Shown here: piece by piece, positions 18,749 through 28,821 of the stretch
Position numbering within the stretch: the stretch's first letter is position 1
How the letters are laid out: the number at the start of each line of letters is the position of its first letter
DNA from: Candidatus Poribacteria bacterium
GTDB lineage: Bacteria; Poribacteria; WGA-4E; PCPOR2b
Direction of reading: 5' to 3'
Length of the DNA: 64,000 nt
NCBI GenBank assembly: GCA_022822785.1
Contig: JAJEAL010000076.1
Coordinates: forward strand, 30,506 to 94,505
Translations under genes and position numbers: made by a program
Notes under the pieces: model-generated
Databases searched by the model: none
Told to the model about the DNA's origin: nothing
The model's input: the letters and a program-made list of their open reading frames with translations, nothing else

Positions 18749-19747
18749 ATGAAGGCATTTTTGGATAGATTGAAAGAGCCCACCCCAATGATTTATGACG
18801 GTGGGTTTGGCTCGCAGCTATTTAGTGTGGGCATTACATTGACAAACAGCACACTCGCAAACGAACTGCATTCGGAAACCGTCATCGACATCCATTCGGC
18901 TTACGTTGAAGCGGGCGCTGACGCGATCGGCACGAACACATTTGTCGCTTCGCCTCTGCATCTCGAAATGGCAGGGAAAGATGCCGCCGAAGCCGAGAAA
19001 CTGACAAGGCAGGCTGTGGCACACGCGAAGGCAGCCATTGAGAGAAATAGCAGGGACGTGTACATCGCCGGTACAGTTGGTCCTTCGCCCGGCGCGATCG
19101 AAGCCGATAGTGGTGGCGTTGATTTTGGGATTGCAAATACAGCGGCTAGAGATGCACATAAGCGAATAATATACGCCCTTGCAGAGGAAGGGGTGGACTT
19201 TTTCTGTATTGAAACCATGTTCTCCGCAAAGGAGGCTGCAATTGCCGTTGACGTTGCCAGAAACACGGGGCTGCCCATCGCCGTGAATATGACCTATAAA
19301 TATACCAGAGATCGGCGGACGAAAGAGGTGATATACAAAACGGATTGGGGACATTCTGCTGCATCCCTCATCGAGATTTTAGCCGGAGGTGAATTCTCCA
19401 ACGGAGATAATCTACTCGATCACATTCAAATCTTAGGGGTAAACTGCGGCGCAGAATCAAGACGTGAAGAACATACAGGCATGCCCTATGCGATAAGCGG
19501 AATCCAGCAGCTGCACGAAGCGATGGAAGAGAAAGGCATCAATTCAAAACGGTTGATGGCTTATCCAAATGCGGGCATGGCACGCTTAGACGAAAATCAA
19601 CAGACATATTGGCCCCAAGCACCGGAGGAGATGTCACCTTACTTACCGGAGCTGCTCAAGGAGGGGGCGTATCTGATTGGCGGCTGTTGCGGCACAAGCC
19701 CCGCACACGTCAAGGCGTTTCGGGAAACCTTATCTCAGTTAAAATAA
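18749..19747 (+). CDS. Homocysteine S-methyltransferase domain protein (MetH Hcy-binding-module-like)
   Basis: N-terminal MIYDGGFGSQL and a C-terminal zinc-site motif GGCCGTSPAHV, with about 330 aa in between. These are the characteristic features of the Pfam S-methyl_trans family. Confidence 0.75.
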   Translation: MKAFLDRLKEPTPMIYDGGFGSQLFSVGITLTNSTLANELHSETVIDIHSAYVEAGADAIGTNTFVASPLHLEMAGKDAAEAEKLTRQAVAHAKAAIERNSRDVYIAGTVGPSPGAIEADSGGVDFGIANTAARDAHKRIIYALAEEGVDFFCIETMFSAKEAAIAVDVARNTGLPIAVNMTYKYTRDRRTKEVIYKTDWGHSAASLIEILAGGEFSNGDNLLDHIQILGVNCGAESRREEHTGMPYAISGIQQLHEAMEEKGINSKRLMAYPNAGMARLDENQQTYWPQAPEEMSPYLPELLKEGAYLIGGCCGTSPAHVKAFRETLSQLK

Positions 19748-19749
19748 AA

Positions 19750-19834
19750 CAGAGCGGATGTAGATCTCGTTTGGTAGGGAACAACGATCGTTGTTCCTTA
19801 CAGATTCATTCAAAATGCTACGAGGTGGATAAAG
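19750..19834 (-). repeat. IS605-family right-end region with a hairpin (GGAACAACGATCGTTGTTCC); candidate omega-RNA scaffold
   Basis: A perfect palindromic hairpin lies immediately 3' of the tnpB stop on its strand. This is typical of the IS200/IS605 right end and the TnpB guide-RNA region. Confidence 0.5.
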
Positions 19835-21042
19835 TCAGTTACCCCGCCCTAAAGGACGAGGCTTGTTATAATTGCCTCCGCCACGGGGCTTACAAGGTTC
19901 CGCGCTTCTTTCTCTTTCAAGAGTTTCGGGGGTGTCTACTACCACCACACCTCCACGCAAGGCTACAGCAGCCTTTTTGATATTGATTGCAGCGTTATGG
20001 TCTCTGTCGATTACCAACCCACAATGCGGGCAGTCATGGACACGGACAGACAAGAGTTTGGGAACTATCGCCTCGCACCCTGAACATTTCTGGCTTGTGT
20101 AGTGGGGCTTAACCGTCGTCAACTGCTTACCGGCACTTTCAGCCTTGCTTTGCAGTTTCAATCGAAAACTCCCCCACCCCGCATCAGATATACTCTTGGC
20201 AAGGTAATGGTTTTTCAACATATTGGTGATGGTCAGATTCTCAACGGCAACCTCATCGCAACCAAGAAGCATCCGATGCACCGTCTTAAACTGAAAATCC
20301 TTACGCTGATTCGCTATACGTTCGTGGGTACGAGCGACAATCTCGCGCTGTTTCGCTCGACGTTTACTCCCTTTTTTGTGTCGAGAGAGTATCCGTTGAT
20401 GTTTGCCAAGCGTCTTTTCAGATTTACGATAGTGGCGTGGATTCGGAATCCGTTGACCATCGGAATCGACGACAAACGCATTAAGCCCAACATCCACGCC
20501 GATGGTCGTTTCAACAGGGACTTTCACGGGATTGGGGACTTCAACGCAGATAGTTACATACCAGCCCGACGCTTTACGGCGGATGGTCAGATTCTTGATT
20601 TTACCATCGGGCAGCGGTCGGTGATACCGAATCTTGAGGGGGCCGACTTTGGGGACAACCACGCGGGCAAACTTGCGACGGATATGCCGTATTAGATTCA
20701 CAGACAAGTGGCTAAAGGTCATTGACCGATACCGCCCTTCGCTTTTGAAGCGCGGGAAGCCCGGTTCAGCACCCATTTTGACACGACCAAAGAATGCTCG
20801 GTATGCTTTATCCAAACGGCGTAAGCAGTCTTGCAGCACATCAGCGTGGAGACCGGCAAACGCTTGGGATTCTTGTTTGAGGTCAGGTAACGCGTTCCCT
20901 TGTGTCGCCCACTTGACCGATTCACCGGTGGATTGGTAGACATCTTTACGTCATGCAAGTGCTTGGTTGTAAAGCGTCCGGAGCAACGCAAACCAAGTGG
21001 TAAAGGTCTTTCGTTGTTTGGCAGTCGGATACGCCCGATATT
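19835..21042 (-). pseudogene. tnpB: IS605/IS1341-family tnpB (RNA-guided-nuclease-like transposase), frameshifted near 20945
   Basis: The C-terminal part (19835-20839) has the OrfB zinc-ribbon CSGCEAIVPKLLSVRVHDCPHCG and RuvC-like motifs. The N-terminus (MKGRKLPSMKTTYEYRAYPTAKQRKTF...LYNQALA), recovered by hand translation of 21042-20947, is in another frame. No tnpA is adjacent. Confidence 0.75.
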
Positions 21043-21242
21043 CATAAGTAGTTTTCATTGAGGGTAGCTTTCTACCTTTCATTTCCTATGCACTAGGAGG
21101 TGGGAGACCCTACCAAGCGGTAGGGGTGCATTCTCCCACGAAAGCCACCAAGATTATACCATTTTTAGCGACAGTTTACAACGAAAAGGAGCGCAGTGGA
21201 CACCCCGCTCTAAAGAACGGGGTGTCCACTGCGAAGATTTTG

Positions 21243-22256
21243 ATGAAGATCACAAAAGTCGAACAGTTTGTCACAGCGGTTCCTCACATCCCTGCCATCG
21301 AGAACAATCGTCCCGGAGACTACCTCGAACGCCCTATCCCGATAATCAAAGTTCATACGGATGAAGGCATTTATGGCGTAGGAGAAGGCGGAAGAGGGCA
21401 GCGATTTGACAATGCAATCGAAGGTTGGATCGGTGTTGATGTAATGGAACTCAAATGGCAAAATCTCGGCGGTGCCTTTGGCTCAGCGGTTTTCGATATT
21501 GTCGGCAAGGCCCTCGGCGTACCCGCCCATAAACTGATGGGTCCTCAGCACTGGGAAAAAGTACCTGTCGGTTACTGGTCGTGCCCAATGGAACCGGAGG
21601 AGTTCGCTGCGGAGGCAGAGGTCGGTGTTAAGCTAGGCTTCAAGACACATAAACTCAAAGCGCGTCCGTGGAACATTGTTGAGACTGTTCGGCTTATGAC
21701 GGAAGCGGCGGGAGAGGATTACGGGATTATCGTCGATCCAAATTTCACCTTTGAGACCCCTGACCAATCAATTCGTCTTGCCCATGAGCTGGAGAAATAC
21801 AATATCGAAGCGTTTGAAGATCCGTTTTCATATCTCGAATATGGGTGGGACAGCTATCGCGACTTTCGCCAGCAGACCCGTATCCCCCTCGCTCCCCACA
21901 TCGCGGACCCAAAGATGATTATAGATGCCATCAAAGCGGACGCAGCGGATATGTTTAATACCGCTGGTAGCCCGGCGAGCGCGCAGCAAAACGCCGGCAT
22001 CGCTGAAGCCGCGGGACTGCCGGTGTGGCTACAGGTTGTCGGACTCGGTTTGGGCGTATCGGGCGCTTTCGGCACCCATGTTCACGCGGTCATCAAGAAC
22101 GCAACTATTCCGAGCGATTCCCTCCATTTCGTCCGCGAGAATGACCTCATTCACGGCGCACTGACCCCGAAAGATGGCTTCGTCGAAGTCCCCACCACGC
22201 CGGGGCTGGGGATTGAGTTAGATATGAAAGCGGTGGAGAAGTATCGGATCGCGTAA
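21243..22256 (+). CDS. Enolase-superfamily protein (mandelate racemase/muconate-lactonizing-enzyme-like)
   Basis: N-terminal capping-domain pattern MKITKVEQFVTAVP...IIKVHTDEGIYGVGEGG, and the barrel region FEDPFSYLEYGWD. Confidence 0.6.
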   Translation: MKITKVEQFVTAVPHIPAIENNRPGDYLERPIPIIKVHTDEGIYGVGEGGRGQRFDNAIEGWIGVDVMELKWQNLGGAFGSAVFDIVGKALGVPAHKLMGPQHWEKVPVGYWSCPMEPEEFAAEAEVGVKLGFKTHKLKARPWNIVETVRLMTEAAGEDYGIIVDPNFTFETPDQSIRLAHELEKYNIEAFEDPFSYLEYGWDSYRDFRQQTRIPLAPHIADPKMIIDAIKADAADMFNTAGSPASAQQNAGIAEAAGLPVWLQVVGLGLGVSGAFGTHVHAVIKNATIPSDSLHFVRENDLIHGALTPKDGFVEVPTTPGLGIELDMKAVEKYRIA

Positions 22257-22332
22257 TGGAAATTCCTTGCAACTTCTCTTGAATTGCGCGTATCCTATAG
22301 CCGCGCATTCATCACAAAAGGCAGGAGAAATC

Positions 22333-23322
22333 ATGTACGCGATCAGTCGAAAAGCATTACACACACTTTACCGATTCTGTTTGCCGATTCTTCTTATGTT
22401 TAGTGCGACCACATCAGATAGCGCGACCGAGGAGACGTGGGAGATGCTCGAAAGCGAGCATTTCCAAATCTACTACCAATCCGACGAGACCCATCCACAA
22501 GATATTGCCGATATTGCTGAAGACTTCTATCCGCAGATTCACCGCCTAATCAACGGCATTGAGATAGGCAAGATTGAAATCTGGATGTGTAGGACCCAGC
22601 AGCAATTCCAAGCCGCCGCCCATGCCCCCATCCAAGATTGGGCGGTCGGTTGCGCGTTCCCACTCAGTCGCCGTATCGTGATCCAAAACCCGCGTGTCAT
22701 CATTGATCGAAAGTTCCAACTCTCCCAAGTCCTCCGCCACGAAATTGTGCACATCGCCTTTGGACAACGCACGAAATCCACAATCGGCGACATCCCCTTA
22801 TGGTTTATCGAGGGGATTGCGATCTACCTTTCCGGAGAGTGGGCGCCCCATCGCCACGATGTCATGTTTGAGCATATTCTGTCGAAGTCGATTATTCCTC
22901 TCGCCGACCTGTCAGAACAATTTCCGACCCCCGAAAGGAAGGCGCAGTTGGCTTATGCAGAGAGTTTGAACGCGGTTGCATGGCTCACAAAAACTGCAGG
23001 CGAGGAAAAGTTGTGGGAGGTTATTGACCTACTCAGCGTAGGAAATGATTTGAATACCGCATATAAACAGGCAATTGGCTGGGATCTCGCGACCTTTGAC
23101 GCGGCGTGGCAAGCCTCGCTCTCCGAGCGTTACCGTTGGGCGGCCCTATTCTCAAATTCTTACCTGTTTTGGGGCAGCCTTGGACTGGTATTTATTCTCG
23201 TGTATATCTGGCGGCGGCGGCGCACTCGACAACAACTTGTCGCGCTAGAACAACAGGAGTCACAGGTGGATCCATTTTTTAGGTCGAAAACTCTCGGAAC
23301 GGAGCCGGACAATCACAGCTAA
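22333..23322 (+). CDS. Putative zinc metallopeptidase-like protein (HExxH) with a C-terminal transmembrane anchor
   Basis: HEIVH motif (VLRHEIVHIAFGQ). A C-terminal hydrophobic helix is followed by RRRRT. The ribosome-binding site is AGGAGAAATC. Confidence 0.45.
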   Translation: MYAISRKALHTLYRFCLPILLMFSATTSDSATEETWEMLESEHFQIYYQSDETHPQDIADIAEDFYPQIHRLINGIEIGKIEIWMCRTQQQFQAAAHAPIQDWAVGCAFPLSRRIVIQNPRVIIDRKFQLSQVLRHEIVHIAFGQRTKSTIGDIPLWFIEGIAIYLSGEWAPHRHDVMFEHILSKSIIPLADLSEQFPTPERKAQLAYAESLNAVAWLTKTAGEEKLWEVIDLLSVGNDLNTAYKQAIGWDLATFDAAWQASLSERYRWAALFSNSYLFWGSLGLVFILVYIWRRRRTRQQLVALEQQESQVDPFFRSKTLGTEPDNHS

Positions 23323-23852
23323 TCCGATAGCGGGGAGAGTTTAATCGGCTTTTCGACTAATTCAACGGGTGCCTGACAACACACGCAATCCCCCGGCGCA
23401 GCGGCCCGTATCGCACAAGTATCACAGTAGTAGTAGAGGTCATGTATAACTCCATCGCGTAGGGATTGGAATCGAATCGCTTCGAGTAGATGCGTTTTGG
23501 GAAAGGTTCTCCCTGTGATGATGAGTGTCTTTTGGTGCAAGCGTTTATCTACGAACAACGCCTCCGATAGATTGGTGCGTAGCAGGGTGTAAAACCTACC
23601 GTCTGTACCCTTAAAACCGTACAGGTGTTCGTGATTGGCAGGGAGATCTGCACGGTATAAATCGTGCATCGCCTCCGCAAGACATACCAGCTGCCCACGG
23701 ATTTGAATCGTCTCCGCTGTCCCGATACTGTCCACACCCTGCGATTCGACTGTCGCAGGATTTTGACCTTCCATATTGGCGGCTGCAATCACCGCAACGG
23801 CAAACACCAACCCGCCTAAATAGAAAATTCCGTGATTGTGTCGATGAAACAT
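23319..23852 (-). CDS. Hypothetical secreted protein with a C-terminal CxxC...CxCC cluster
   Basis: An N-terminal hydrophobic signal-like segment and a C-terminal YYYCDTCAIRAAAPGDCVCCQAP. Confidence 0.4.
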   Translation of the reverse strand: MFHRHNHGIFYLGGLVFAVAVIAAANMEGQNPATVESQGVDSIGTAETIQIRGQLVCLAEAMHDLYRADLPANHEHLYGFKGTDGRFYTLLRTNLSEALFVDKRLHQKTLIITGRTFPKTHLLEAIRFQSLRDGVIHDLYYYCDTCAIRAAAPGDCVCCQAPVELVEKPIKLSPLSD

Positions 23853-24096
23853 CGTTCACCTCTCCTTGTTCTGAGCGTTAGCGTCCAGTCTCATTTCTAT
23901 TGTTACCCCATCTCGTAGCGTTCATATTGTCCCATCCCTAGGAAATTCTGTCCATCTATTTTTTGGCTTGACTTCACTTTTCTCAGGTGATAGACTTCAG
24001 TTTCAGCGTTGGGCTTCATCATCGTTCAACCCAACCTACACTCACTACAATTACTATGTGCAACCCACAAGAACTTATGTAGAAGGATGAGGAACA

Positions 24097-24969
24097 ATGA
24101 TACCATCAAAACAGGTCACAGAAATAGCAGATACCCACGTGCCTCCGCTTGACGCTCCGGTGCCTATGACCCCAGAGCAGAAGTTTTTCTTCGACCTCCG
24201 CGGCTGGATTCTCCTACCCGCTGTGCTGTCGGAGTCCGATATTGAAAGGATGAAGACTGACGTGTATGGCGGTGCCAGACAGAGTTATGAAGGCGCACTC
24301 CAAGAACTGCTAGACCACCCGGCAATTGTAGGTATTTTGAATGAAATCCTGTCTGAGGATCCCTTTGTGAAAGACGATTGCTACGGTTTTCGATGTGAGG
24401 GATCTTTCACGACCGTCAGGCCGCCCGGATGGAGCAAGTCGGAACGGCGCGACGGGGGATTGCCGCACGTCGTGCGTCCACCGCAGCAAGCGAACGCCAT
24501 GCGGTATCAGGTCGCAGGAGGGAAGATATTCTCCGGACTTACCCGCGTGGTGTGGGAACTTGAGGAGGTGAAGGAAGGGACCGGAGGCACCTCTTTTCTC
24601 AGCGGATCGCACAAAGCGCACTTCAATTATGGGGGACCAGACCCGTACCGTCCGAATATCAGTGAATCACCGTGGGAGGAGAGTATGCGAGCGGCAATGG
24701 ATGAATACAGCTGCCCACCCGGCTCAGTTGTCATTTTCACGGAAAGTCTTGTTCACGCAGCAAATGATTGGACCAATCCCGACAATCCACGCTGTGCTGT
24801 TTTTAACTGCTACAACTCAATATGGGCGCAGTGGCATCGACTCAACCTTAGCCACGAGACAGTCGAAGCGATGCCGCCGAAGCGACGGACACTGTTCCGT
24901 GGGACTTGGGCGATTGGCGGGGGCCCCGAGGGCAACCGTGAATATTCGATGGACAACAGAACTGTGTAA
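24097..24969 (+). CDS. Phytanoyl-CoA dioxygenase (PhyH) family Fe(II)/2-oxoglutarate oxygenase
   Basis: PhyH-like N-terminus (FFFDLRGWILLP), plus a His-containing segment and the C-terminal VIFTESLVHAANDW. GAAGGATGAGG ribosome-binding site. Confidence 0.55.
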   Translation: MIPSKQVTEIADTHVPPLDAPVPMTPEQKFFFDLRGWILLPAVLSESDIERMKTDVYGGARQSYEGALQELLDHPAIVGILNEILSEDPFVKDDCYGFRCEGSFTTVRPPGWSKSERRDGGLPHVVRPPQQANAMRYQVAGGKIFSGLTRVVWELEEVKEGTGGTSFLSGSHKAHFNYGGPDPYRPNISESPWEESMRAAMDEYSCPPGSVVIFTESLVHAANDWTNPDNPRCAVFNCYNSIWAQWHRLNLSHETVEAMPPKRRTLFRGTWAIGGGPEGNREYSMDNRTV

Positions 24970-24988
24970 TACCAAAGGAGAAACGCGA

Positions 24989-26434
24989 ATGCAGCTCGAC
25001 CTAATCAATCCGAAACAGTATCGGCAGCTTTTCCTAGATGACTTCGCGATAGAAAACACCAAAAGCACCACGCGCACACTGCACTCCCCCAAGAAATGGG
25101 GACCGGTCATCAATGGGGTGGCGGTTCAGAGCAGATCCTGCCCGCAGTGGAATTCGGAGAAAAAACTGTGGGAATGGTGGTACTTTGGACAGCACGCATA
25201 CTACGCGTTCTCGGAAGACGGCGAGCATTGGGAAACACCTTCCCTGGGACTATACGAATCGAACGGTTCTAAGGACAACAACATCGCCTTTGACCCGGAG
25301 TACAAGGGACCGGGACGGCCATATCACGTTGTGCGAGATGAAACGGATCCAGATCCCGGACGCCGCTATAAATGCTTATTCGGTGCCCACAACCGCCATC
25401 CTGCCGTGTCCCCGGATGGATTTGATTGGACACTCGTCGATACCCCTCCTATCCCTAGCCAAGATGAATCCCAGTTTACGTATGACCACCAATCGAACCA
25501 ATTTCTCGCCATGGTCAAACTGGGTACGGAATGGGGGCGTTCTGTGTGGCTCTCTACCAGTTCCGACTTCGAGACCTTTTCCGAACCGAAGTTAATTTTT
25601 CATACCGACGAGATGGATCGGGAAAATCGGCGTCGCCGTGTCCGCAAAATCATCGAAGACCCAGCATATATCACCCCACCTATCATCGACGACGAGGACT
25701 ATATCGCTGAGTGCTACAACATGGCGGTGCTGCCGTACCAAGGGTTTTATGTCGGTTTTCCAACCATATTCAACCCTGTTGGTGCAGTTCCGCCGCCGGC
25801 GACAAACTACACCCGTATCAACCAGATCGAGTTGACCGTCTCACGGGATCTCTATCACTGGGACCGTGTCGCTGACCGTAAGTTGTTTATCGAACTTGAA
25901 CCTTTCGACGGTGAGAACTATGGGTGCAGCCAACTCTTGATGGCAGGGCATCCTATCGTGCGCGAGGACGGCGAAATTTGGTGCTACTATAACGCCCTGC
26001 GGATGCCTTCAAACATCGAGCGGTACAAAGAATTTAACCGTGCCAAAGAGCTGTTCCGTCTCAATGTCAAACCCGAACACTTTGAAGATACGGGCGCGTT
26101 GACCCTTGCCAAGCTACGACCCGACGGCTTTGTGTCGATCGATGGCGGCGAATGCGGCACAATTGTAACAAAGCCATTTGAATTGAAAGGTGAAGATGTC
26201 TATATCAATGCGGATGCCACTTGGGGCGAGATTTATAGCGAAATTATCGATGCAGAGACGCAGCGACCGCACGACGGGTTCTGGGTGCCGGGGGAGGAAC
26301 CGCCACCGTTTACCGGCGATAGTACCAAAGCAAAGATTCGGTGGAAATACCCGCACGACTTGGTATTTGAGAAGCCGGTACGCCTGAAGTTCTATCTGCG
26401 CCAAGCGCGTCTCTTCTCGTTCTGGATTGAATAA
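24989..26434 (+). CDS. Hypothetical protein, possibly a beta-propeller glycoside-hydrolase-like enzyme (GH43/GH32/GH130-like fold)
   Basis: The start is set at the ATG at 24989, 8 nt after AAGGAG, because the upstream part of the ORF-track frame overlaps the preceding gene. Recurrent W/Y/D-rich segments are present. The assignment is weak. Confidence 0.35.
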   Translation: MQLDLINPKQYRQLFLDDFAIENTKSTTRTLHSPKKWGPVINGVAVQSRSCPQWNSEKKLWEWWYFGQHAYYAFSEDGEHWETPSLGLYESNGSKDNNIAFDPEYKGPGRPYHVVRDETDPDPGRRYKCLFGAHNRHPAVSPDGFDWTLVDTPPIPSQDESQFTYDHQSNQFLAMVKLGTEWGRSVWLSTSSDFETFSEPKLIFHTDEMDRENRRRRVRKIIEDPAYITPPIIDDEDYIAECYNMAVLPYQGFYVGFPTIFNPVGAVPPPATNYTRINQIELTVSRDLYHWDRVADRKLFIELEPFDGENYGCSQLLMAGHPIVREDGEIWCYYNALRMPSNIERYKEFNRAKELFRLNVKPEHFEDTGALTLAKLRPDGFVSIDGGECGTIVTKPFELKGEDVYINADATWGEIYSEIIDAETQRPHDGFWVPGEEPPPFTGDSTKAKIRWKYPHDLVFEKPVRLKFYLRQARLFSFWIE

Positions 26435-26446
26435 AAGAGGACAGAC

Positions 26447-27361
26447 ATGAGTCAGACGTTTTCCGCCGGTCGTCGTTTCCGGGATGCACTGGCGATAGAA
26501 AACCCTTTGCAGGTTGTCGGAACGATTAACGCCTACTCCGCGCTGATGGCGGAGCAGATCGGGTTCCGGTCAATCTATCTTTCGGGCGGGGGTGTGGCTA
26601 ACGCTTCCTACGGTCTTCCAGATATCGGGATGACCACCTTGAACGATGTTCTAGAGGATGTGCGTCGCATCACCAGTAGGACGGAACTTCCGCTTCTCGT
26701 TGACGCCGATACCGGTTGGGGGAATGCGTTTATGATTGCCAAAACTATCCGTCAGATGATCCGGGCGGGAGCTGCGGGTGTACATATCGAAGATCAGGTA
26801 CAGGCAAAACGTTGCGGTCACCGTCCGAACAAAGAGATTGTGAGCGCAGCGGAGATGGCAGATCGGATGAAAGCCGCCGCCGACGCTAAGATGGATCCGG
26901 ATTTCGTGCTGATGGCGCGGACGGATGCCGTCGCCGTCGAGGGGTTAGATGCTGCCATTGAACGTGCATACCTCTGCGTGGAGGCAGGCGCGGATATGAT
27001 TTTTGCCGAAGCCCTAACAGAGTTGGATCAGTACCGAAAGTTTGCGGACGCGGTTGATGTTCCCATTTTGGCAAATATTACCGAGTTTGGCAAAACGCCA
27101 CTTTACACAACAGAGGAACTCAAGGAGGCCGGGGTTAGCATTGTACTTTACCCGCTATCGGCATTCCGCGCAATGAGTGCGGCTGCGCTCAACGTGTATC
27201 AGACGCTGCGCCACGAGGGTACACAAAAAACCGTGGTCAATACCATGCAGACGCGGGCGGAATTGTATGAGTTCTTAGGCTATCACGAGTATGAACGGAA
27301 ACTCGATCAACTCCTGAACGCAAATCGGGAAAAGATGAATCCTTCTAACAATTCCCACTAA
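26447..27361 (+). CDS. prpB: 2-methylisocitrate lyase (PEP mutase/isocitrate lyase superfamily)
   Basis: [28 protein letters not shown] and KRCGH motifs typical of PrpB. Confidence 0.8.
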   Translation: MSQTFSAGRRFRDALAIENPLQVVGTINAYSALMAEQIGFRSIYLSGGGVANASYGLPDIGMTTLNDVLEDVRRITSRTELPLLVDADTGWGNAFMIAKTIRQMIRAGAAGVHIEDQVQAKRCGHRPNKEIVSAAEMADRMKAAADAKMDPDFVLMARTDAVAVEGLDAAIERAYLCVEAGADMIFAEALTELDQYRKFADAVDVPILANITEFGKTPLYTTEELKEAGVSIVLYPLSAFRAMSAAALNVYQTLRHEGTQKTVVNTMQTRAELYEFLGYHEYERKLDQLLNANREKMNPSNNSH

Positions 27362-27384
27362 ATTGATAGGGGAGGATGAAACGA

Positions 27385-28506
27385 ATGCAGACTAAAAACA
27401 GTGGAGGGTTAGCTGGCGTCATCGCCGGTGAAACCGCAATCGCCACGGTGGGAAAAGAGGGTGTTGGGCTTACCTATCGTGGGTATTCCATCCACGATTT
27501 AGCGGAACATACCACCTTTGAAGAGACCGCCTACCTGCTGATTCACGGTAAATTGCCGACGCAGAACGAACTTGGCAACTACAGGAAAAAGCTGATGGCA
27601 CTGCGCGGTTTACCGGATGGGCTCAAAGTCATCCTTGAGCAGGTGCCGGGAGCTGCACACCCGATGGATGTTCTGCGTACCGGATGCTCAGCTTTGGGAA
27701 CAATAGAGCGTGAAACTAGCGAAAGTGGTTCGGTTCAGATTGCGGACCGGTTGACCGCCTGTTTCGGCTCGATGCTACTTTACTGGCACCATTTCCACAC
27801 AAACGACAAACGGATCGATGTCGAAACGGACGATGCAACCAGCGCCGGACACTTTCTGCATTTGCTGCACGGGACGCAGCCGGACGAATTGCAACGTAGA
27901 GCCGTTGATGTGTCGTTAATCCTTTATGCAGAGCATGAATTTAACGCCTCAACGTTTGCGGCACGGGTCGCAACATCCACCCTGTCTGACTTTTATTCGG
28001 CTATTGTTGGAGCTATCGGAACGTTGCGCGGCCCTTTGCACGGCGGTGCAAACGAAGCTGCAATGGAACTGATTGAGCGATTTCAGACACCGGATGACGC
28101 TGAAAATGCTATTTTGAACATGCTTGAACGGAGGCAGCTAATCATGGGTTTTGGTCACCGCGTCTACACAATCTCTGACCCACGTTCAGATATCATCAAG
28201 GGGTGGTCACAGCAACTCGCTGAAGCAAGCGGTAACCGACTATTGTACGGAATCTCCGAACGGATTGAACAGGTAATGTGGCGGGAAAAGAAGCTGTTCC
28301 CAAACCTCGATTTTTACAGCGCCTCTGCCTACCATCTGTGCGGCATTCCGACGCCGATGTTCACTCCCATCTTTGTGATGTCGCGAATCACCGGCTGGGC
28401 TGCCCATATCATTGAGCAACGAAGCGATAATCGGTTGATTCGTCCGAGAGCAGAATATGTTGGCCCCGAACCGAAAACATTTGTGTCGATCGAAGAACGG
28501 ACATAG
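27385..28506 (+). CDS. prpC: 2-methylcitrate synthase / citrate synthase family
   Basis: GLAGVIAGETAIATV...GLTYRGYSIHDLAE, a citrate synthase signature. It lies directly downstream of prpB. The start is set at the ATG at 27385, which is better spaced from the GGGGAGG ribosome-binding site. Confidence 0.75.
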   Translation: MQTKNSGGLAGVIAGETAIATVGKEGVGLTYRGYSIHDLAEHTTFEETAYLLIHGKLPTQNELGNYRKKLMALRGLPDGLKVILEQVPGAAHPMDVLRTGCSALGTIERETSESGSVQIADRLTACFGSMLLYWHHFHTNDKRIDVETDDATSAGHFLHLLHGTQPDELQRRAVDVSLILYAEHEFNASTFAARVATSTLSDFYSAIVGAIGTLRGPLHGGANEAAMELIERFQTPDDAENAILNMLERRQLIMGFGHRVYTISDPRSDIIKGWSQQLAEASGNRLLYGISERIEQVMWREKKLFPNLDFYSASAYHLCGIPTPMFTPIFVMSRITGWAAHIIEQRSDNRLIRPRAEYVGPEPKTFVSIEERT

Positions 28507-28560
28507 AGCTCGATCGGAGCGACAGGTAATAGGAATACCCAAAACCTAGGAGCAATACTC

Positions 28561-28821
28561 ATGCTTACAACTATTGAAGGTGTATATCGCAATGGTAAGA
28601 TTGAATTCCCAAAAACACCGCATGATGTGCGCGATGGTACCCCCGTAATTGTGACCTTTCTGCCGTCTGATCCTGTAGATTTACAGAAACGGGGCATCGA
28701 TCCGGCACAAGCAGCAGTTTTGCAGGCGCAGTTAGCAGCTTTTGTCGAAGACTGGGAAAGTCCTGAGATGAATGTCTATGACAACTATGACGAGGTCAAA
28801 TCCGACCTACAAACGCGGTGA
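28561..28821 (+). CDS. Putative antitoxin (DUF104/AF2212-like small beta-barrel)
   Basis: MLTTIEGVYRNGKIEFPKTPHDVRDGTPVIVTFL matches the IEAxYENGVLKPL...EGTxVxV pattern. It overlaps the downstream toxin gene. Confidence 0.55.
   Translation: MLTTIEGVYRNGKIEFPKTPHDVRDGTPVIVTFLPSDPVDLQKRGIDPAQAAVLQAQLAAFVEDWESPEMNVYDNYDEVKSDLQTR

Noticed and set aside
24629-24988. The first 120 codons of ORF 24629-26434
   Set aside because: They overlap the PhyH gene in another frame. A proper AAGGAG ribosome-binding site plus ATG lies at 24989, just after the PhyH stop.
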